Assembly: GCA_021818445.1 (NCBI GenBank)
Contig: JAKAEB010000001.1
Location: 16,664 to 80,663 of the forward strand
DNA length: 64,000 nt
Reading direction: 5' to 3'
Source: Planctomycetota bacterium
Lineage (GTDB): Bacteria; Planctomycetota; Phycisphaerae; WQYP01
Part shown: positions 60,809-64,000 of the stretch, one piece after another
Layout: every line of letters begins with the position of its first letter
How positions within the stretch are numbered: position 1 is the stretch's first letter
Position numbers and translations under genes: made by a program
The notes under the pieces: model-generated
The model's input: only the letters and a program-made list of their open reading frames with translations
Told to the model about the DNA's origin: nothing
Database searches by the model: none

Positions 60809-61930
60809 GTGCTTGAATCGGTTTCATCTATAGCCCAGCGGGTGCTTAATGGCGAACTAATCAGTCGATATGACGCCCGTGCGCTGCAGGCTGTGGGCGG
60901 CGATGACATTTACGATCTGTTCTATTGGGCCAACAAAATTCGCATTCAATTCAAGGGTCGAGATGTGCGATTTTGTGCCATTGTGGCGGCAAAAGTTGGT
61001 GGATGTTCAGAAGATTGCCAGTTTTGCGCCCAGTCATCACATTATCAAACGGCCGTACAGGGCCAGACCTTTTTAACCGACGAACAGATACTTGCATCGG
61101 CGGAGCATGCCCAGCGCGTGGGTGCCGACAGCTTTGGCATTGTGAACAGCGGTCGCGGGCCGACACGTTCAGAAATGGAAAATTGGCTCGGGCCCTTGCT
61201 GGGCAAAATTGCCGCTGAAGGGAAAACGCGTGCCTGTGCCACGCTTGGGGCGCTGACGCCGCAAACGGCGGAATTTTTGCACCGGTCGGGTGTACGGCGT
61301 GTCAATCATAATCTTGAAACCAGCGAGCGGTTTTATCCGCAAATTGTTTCCACCCACCCCTATTCCGAGCGGCTCAATACGCTGCGGCACGCGAAGGCGG
61401 CGGGCTTATCGTTATGCTCGGGGGGTATCTTCGGCATGGGCGAAACGTGGGAAGATCGTTTTGATATGGTCTTTACCCTGCGCGATATCGGCGTGGATGT
61501 GATGCCGGTCAATTTTCTCAATGCCATCGCTGGTACGCCGTTGGAAAACCAGCCAAAACTTCCGCCGATGGAATGCCTGAAGATCATCAGCATCTGTCGA
61601 TTTATTAATCCTACGGTGGAATTGAAGGTGGCAGGTGGACGCGAGGTATGCCTGCGCGACCTGCAAAGCTGGATATTCTTCGCCGGGGCTGACAGCACCA
61701 TGATTGGCAATTATTTAACCACCTATGGCCGCAGTCCGGACGTTGACCATCAGATGGTTCGCGATCTGGGGCTTGCCTGGCAAAGCTACCATGAGGGGCC
61801 GGTGATGCCGGAAAGTGAACGGCCGCGCATGGCACGCGTTTCGCACACTGGGAGATACCAGATTCCCATCTATCATGAGGCGGACGTTGAACTGGACGTG
61901 GAAAAAGCGGCCGGGGCGCTGAAGGCCTAG
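60809..61930 (+). CDS. bioB: Biotin synthase (radical SAM) with C-terminal extension
   Basis: CSEDCQFCAQ CxxxCxxC radical-SAM cluster motif and BioB-type downstream Cys residues. 373 aa. Confidence 0.85.
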   Translation: MLESVSSIAQRVLNGELISRYDARALQAVGGDDIYDLFYWANKIRIQFKGRDVRFCAIVAAKVGGCSEDCQFCAQSSHYQTAVQGQTFLTDEQILASAEHAQRVGADSFGIVNSGRGPTRSEMENWLGPLLGKIAAEGKTRACATLGALTPQTAEFLHRSGVRRVNHNLETSERFYPQIVSTHPYSERLNTLRHAKAAGLSLCSGGIFGMGETWEDRFDMVFTLRDIGVDVMPVNFLNAIAGTPLENQPKLPPMECLKIISICRFINPTVELKVAGGREVCLRDLQSWIFFAGADSTMIGNYLTTYGRSPDVDHQMVRDLGLAWQSYHEGPVMPESERPRMARVSHTGRYQIPIYHEADVELDVEKAAGALKA

Positions 61931-61931
61931 C

Positions 61932-63056
61932 ATGACTGCGCACGGGGTGGCCACACCTGCCTCCCACGCCAATATCCGGCGATATGCCAATTTGTCGGCA
62001 TGTGCGTTGCGCACTCCCTTGGGGGCGTCACCCGATGAAAACTGGCAATCAATCGTAGTCGATCGCCATGAATTGCGCAGCAGCAAGCTTATTCCGGGCG
62101 TTGATGAGGCGTTGGCCAGGCGGTTTCCCAATCAGGCCGGGCTTTTTGGGCTGGACCGTGTTATTAAAATTGCATTACTGGCGGCTTCCGACGCATTGGA
62201 TAAAACTGCCAGGCCTGAGTTAAACGATGCTGACGGCCTGTTTGTTGCCACCAGCAAAGGACCTGTTCAGACGCTGATCCGTGCGCTGGATAATCCCTCC
62301 GGTGTATCCGCGTCTGATGCAACGCAGATCGCGCTGGGGCCGGCGGCCATCGGTTATTATTTGCGGCAGCAGTTGGGGACACCCGAAACAGTGCACACAT
62401 CGGTAGCGGCGTGCGCCGGATCACTGGCGGCGGCTTCGCGTGCATATGAGGCGCTTTTAACGGGTCGGCACCGGCGTGCCATTGTGGTTGCCGCCGACTC
62501 GTCAATCCATCCACTGTTTGATGCAAGTTTTTCGCGGTTGGGAATTTTGGCACCGGCGGACCAAGACGGAAATCGCCAATGCCGTCCATTTGATCCGTCT
62601 GGCAGAGGGTTTTTTATTACCGAGGCGGCGGCTGCCATTGTGCTGGAAATTATGCCGGGGGAAAATCTGCGTGTGGAGGGAACCTGGCTGGGCGGTGATG
62701 CGACGGATTTGTTGGCTACGGACTCGGATGCGACATCGTTAAAGCGAGGCATCCGGACCTTGGCCGGCGGGGGGGATATGGATTTTGTTCATGCCCACGC
62801 CACTGGTACCCGGCATGATGCCCATGAACTGGCTGCCATTGCGACCTTGGGACCCACCTATGTATTTTCGCATAAGCGCTTTTTGGGACATTGCCTTGGT
62901 GCATCCGGCCTGGTGGGGCTGGTGCTTTCGGCCATGTGTCATCGGCGTCACATGACGCTGCTGGGCGATTTACTACCTTGCCGGTCGACAAGCCTCACGC
63001 TGGCGCAGGGGTTTGGCGGGCATATCGGTGCTGTGCGGCTCGGTTATGGCGATTAG
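61932..63056 (+). CDS. Divergent/truncated beta-ketoacyl-ACP synthase I/II family condensing enzyme
   Basis: Active-site Cys in SVAACAGSLAAA. CRPFD (SRPFD-like). HAHATGTRHDAHE (EAHGTGT-like). SHKRFLGHCLGASG (KSxxGHxLGAAG-like). 2-nt gap after bioB. Confidence 0.7.
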   Translation: MTAHGVATPASHANIRRYANLSACALRTPLGASPDENWQSIVVDRHELRSSKLIPGVDEALARRFPNQAGLFGLDRVIKIALLAASDALDKTARPELNDADGLFVATSKGPVQTLIRALDNPSGVSASDATQIALGPAAIGYYLRQQLGTPETVHTSVAACAGSLAAASRAYEALLTGRHRRAIVVAADSSIHPLFDASFSRLGILAPADQDGNRQCRPFDPSGRGFFITEAAAAIVLEIMPGENLRVEGTWLGGDATDLLATDSDATSLKRGIRTLAGGGDMDFVHAHATGTRHDAHELAAIATLGPTYVFSHKRFLGHCLGASGLVGLVLSAMCHRRHMTLLGDLLPCRSTSLTLAQGFGGHIGAVRLGYGD

Positions 63057-63130
63057 CGGCCGCCGCGCTGCACATCGAGATCGGGCACTACCGGCATAAC
63101 TGCCCTAAAATGAGGTTGCAGGAGAAGCTG

Positions 63131-64000
63131 ATGCGAATTGCAATGGCGCAGATAAATCCGACGGTGGGCGATATCAATGGCAATGCCAAAAAGCTTTGCG
63201 ATGCGATTCATCAGGCGCGTGATAAAGGTGCGCAGTTGGTGGTAACGCCGGAATTATCATTGCTGGGTTACCCGCCGCGCGACCTGCTGTTGAAGCCGGC
63301 GGTGCTTAAGCACATGTATGAAGCGCTTAAATATGTGGCCGGAAAAAGCATGGGCATAACTACGTTAGTCGGTTTTGCGGATGCGAATCCGGCACCGTCG
63401 GGGCGAGGTCTTTTTAACGCGGTGGCGGCAGTTCGCGATGGGCAGATTTTGTCCCGTGCGTATAAAAGCCTGCTGCCGACCTACGATGTGTTTGATGAAA
63501 CACGCTACTTTGAACCCGGTCCCCGGGTAGAATCCATCCACGTGGAGGGGCTTGTCGTCGGCCTGACCATTTGTGAAGACCTCTGGAATGATGCAGAGTT
63601 ATTTCCCCGGCCCATCTATCATTTTGATCCGATCAGAGAAATTGTTTCATCCGGGGCGCAGATATTGGTAAACATCAGTGCGTCGCCCTTTGTGCTTGGG
63701 AAAAATGCTTTGCGGCGGCGTCTGATTACACATCAGGCCAAACGCTGGAAGGTGCCGATTGTGTATGTTAATCAGGTAGGGGCGAATGACGAGCTTATTT
63801 TTGACGGTAATTCCATCGCGGTCGATGCCCATGGAAATATATTGGCTTGCGCCGGCGACTTCATACCGGATATGGTGGTGACGGATGTTTCGCTCCCCGC
63901 TGAATCCACGCCAGCAGAGGCTCGCTCGATCCCACCCGAAAAGTCGGATATGGAAACGTTGTATCGGGCTTTGGTGCTGGGCATTCGGGATTATGCGTCA
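63131..64000 (+). CDS. nadE: Glutamine-dependent NAD+ synthetase, N-terminal CN-hydrolase domain (continues past window end)
   Basis: MRIAMAQINPTVGDINGNAKK... and VTPELSLLGYPPRDLL. Catalytic-Cys region LTICEDLW. GGAGAAG RBS. Not in track because no stop lies within the window. Confidence 0.65.
   Translation, partial: MRIAMAQINPTVGDINGNAKKLCDAIHQARDKGAQLVVTPELSLLGYPPRDLLLKPAVLKHMYEALKYVAGKSMGITTLVGFADANPAPSGRGLFNAVAAVRDGQILSRAYKSLLPTYDVFDETRYFEPGPRVESIHVEGLVVGLTICEDLWNDAELFPRPIYHFDPIREIVSSGAQILVNISASPFVLGKNALRRRLITHQAKRWKVPIVYVNQVGANDELIFDGNSIAVDAHGNILACAGDFIPDMVVTDVSLPAESTPAEARSIPPEKSDMETLYRALVLGIRDYAS

Overview
High-GC (~60%) bacterial chromosomal segment, probably Planctomycetota-like. Clues: a MoxR/DUF58/BatA-like/DUF4175 operon, many TPR proteins, a Hanks-type kinase and proteins with RpoA alpha-CTD-like domains. 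Most of the window is core metabolism and housekeeping: tsaD, S41 protease, pgeF, pdhAB, a GH63 glucosidase, pmm/pgm, dacB-like, fmt, cca, iscA-type, bioB, leuA, tig, nadE. Several accessory or regulatory elements stand out. (1) An orphan RHS C-terminal toxin cassette (27985..28731, minus strand). Its stop overlaps the start of a membrane immunity candidate in an ATGA junction. Upstream is a ~310-bp tandem duplication carrying perfect hairpin/U-run motifs. (2) Two copies of a ~237-bp MITE-like element (5225..5461 and 46164..46400) with ~19-bp terminal inverted repeats and two internal 8-bp-stem hairpins. (3) A classic leucine attenuator upstream of leuA: leader peptide MTQNTISLLLLLTRVISASS followed by a hairpin and U-tract terminator. 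(4) A copper-resistance-type cluster: Met-rich lipoprotein, TolC-like outer-membrane factor, Tat-secreted multicopper oxidase, cupredoxin. (5) A 10-kb Bat-like aerotolerance operon ending in an 1184-aa DUF4175-like coiled-coil membrane protein with a (Gly)9 tract. (6) bioB immediately followed by a truncated KAS I/II-like condensing enzyme. (7) A 26-codon ultra-basic ORF flanked by a strong bidirectional terminator. Two edge genes are missing from the supplied ORF track: a flippase-like membrane protein at 1..833 (minus) and the nadE N-terminus at 63131..64000 (plus). No rRNA, tRNA or CRISPR was detected by eye.
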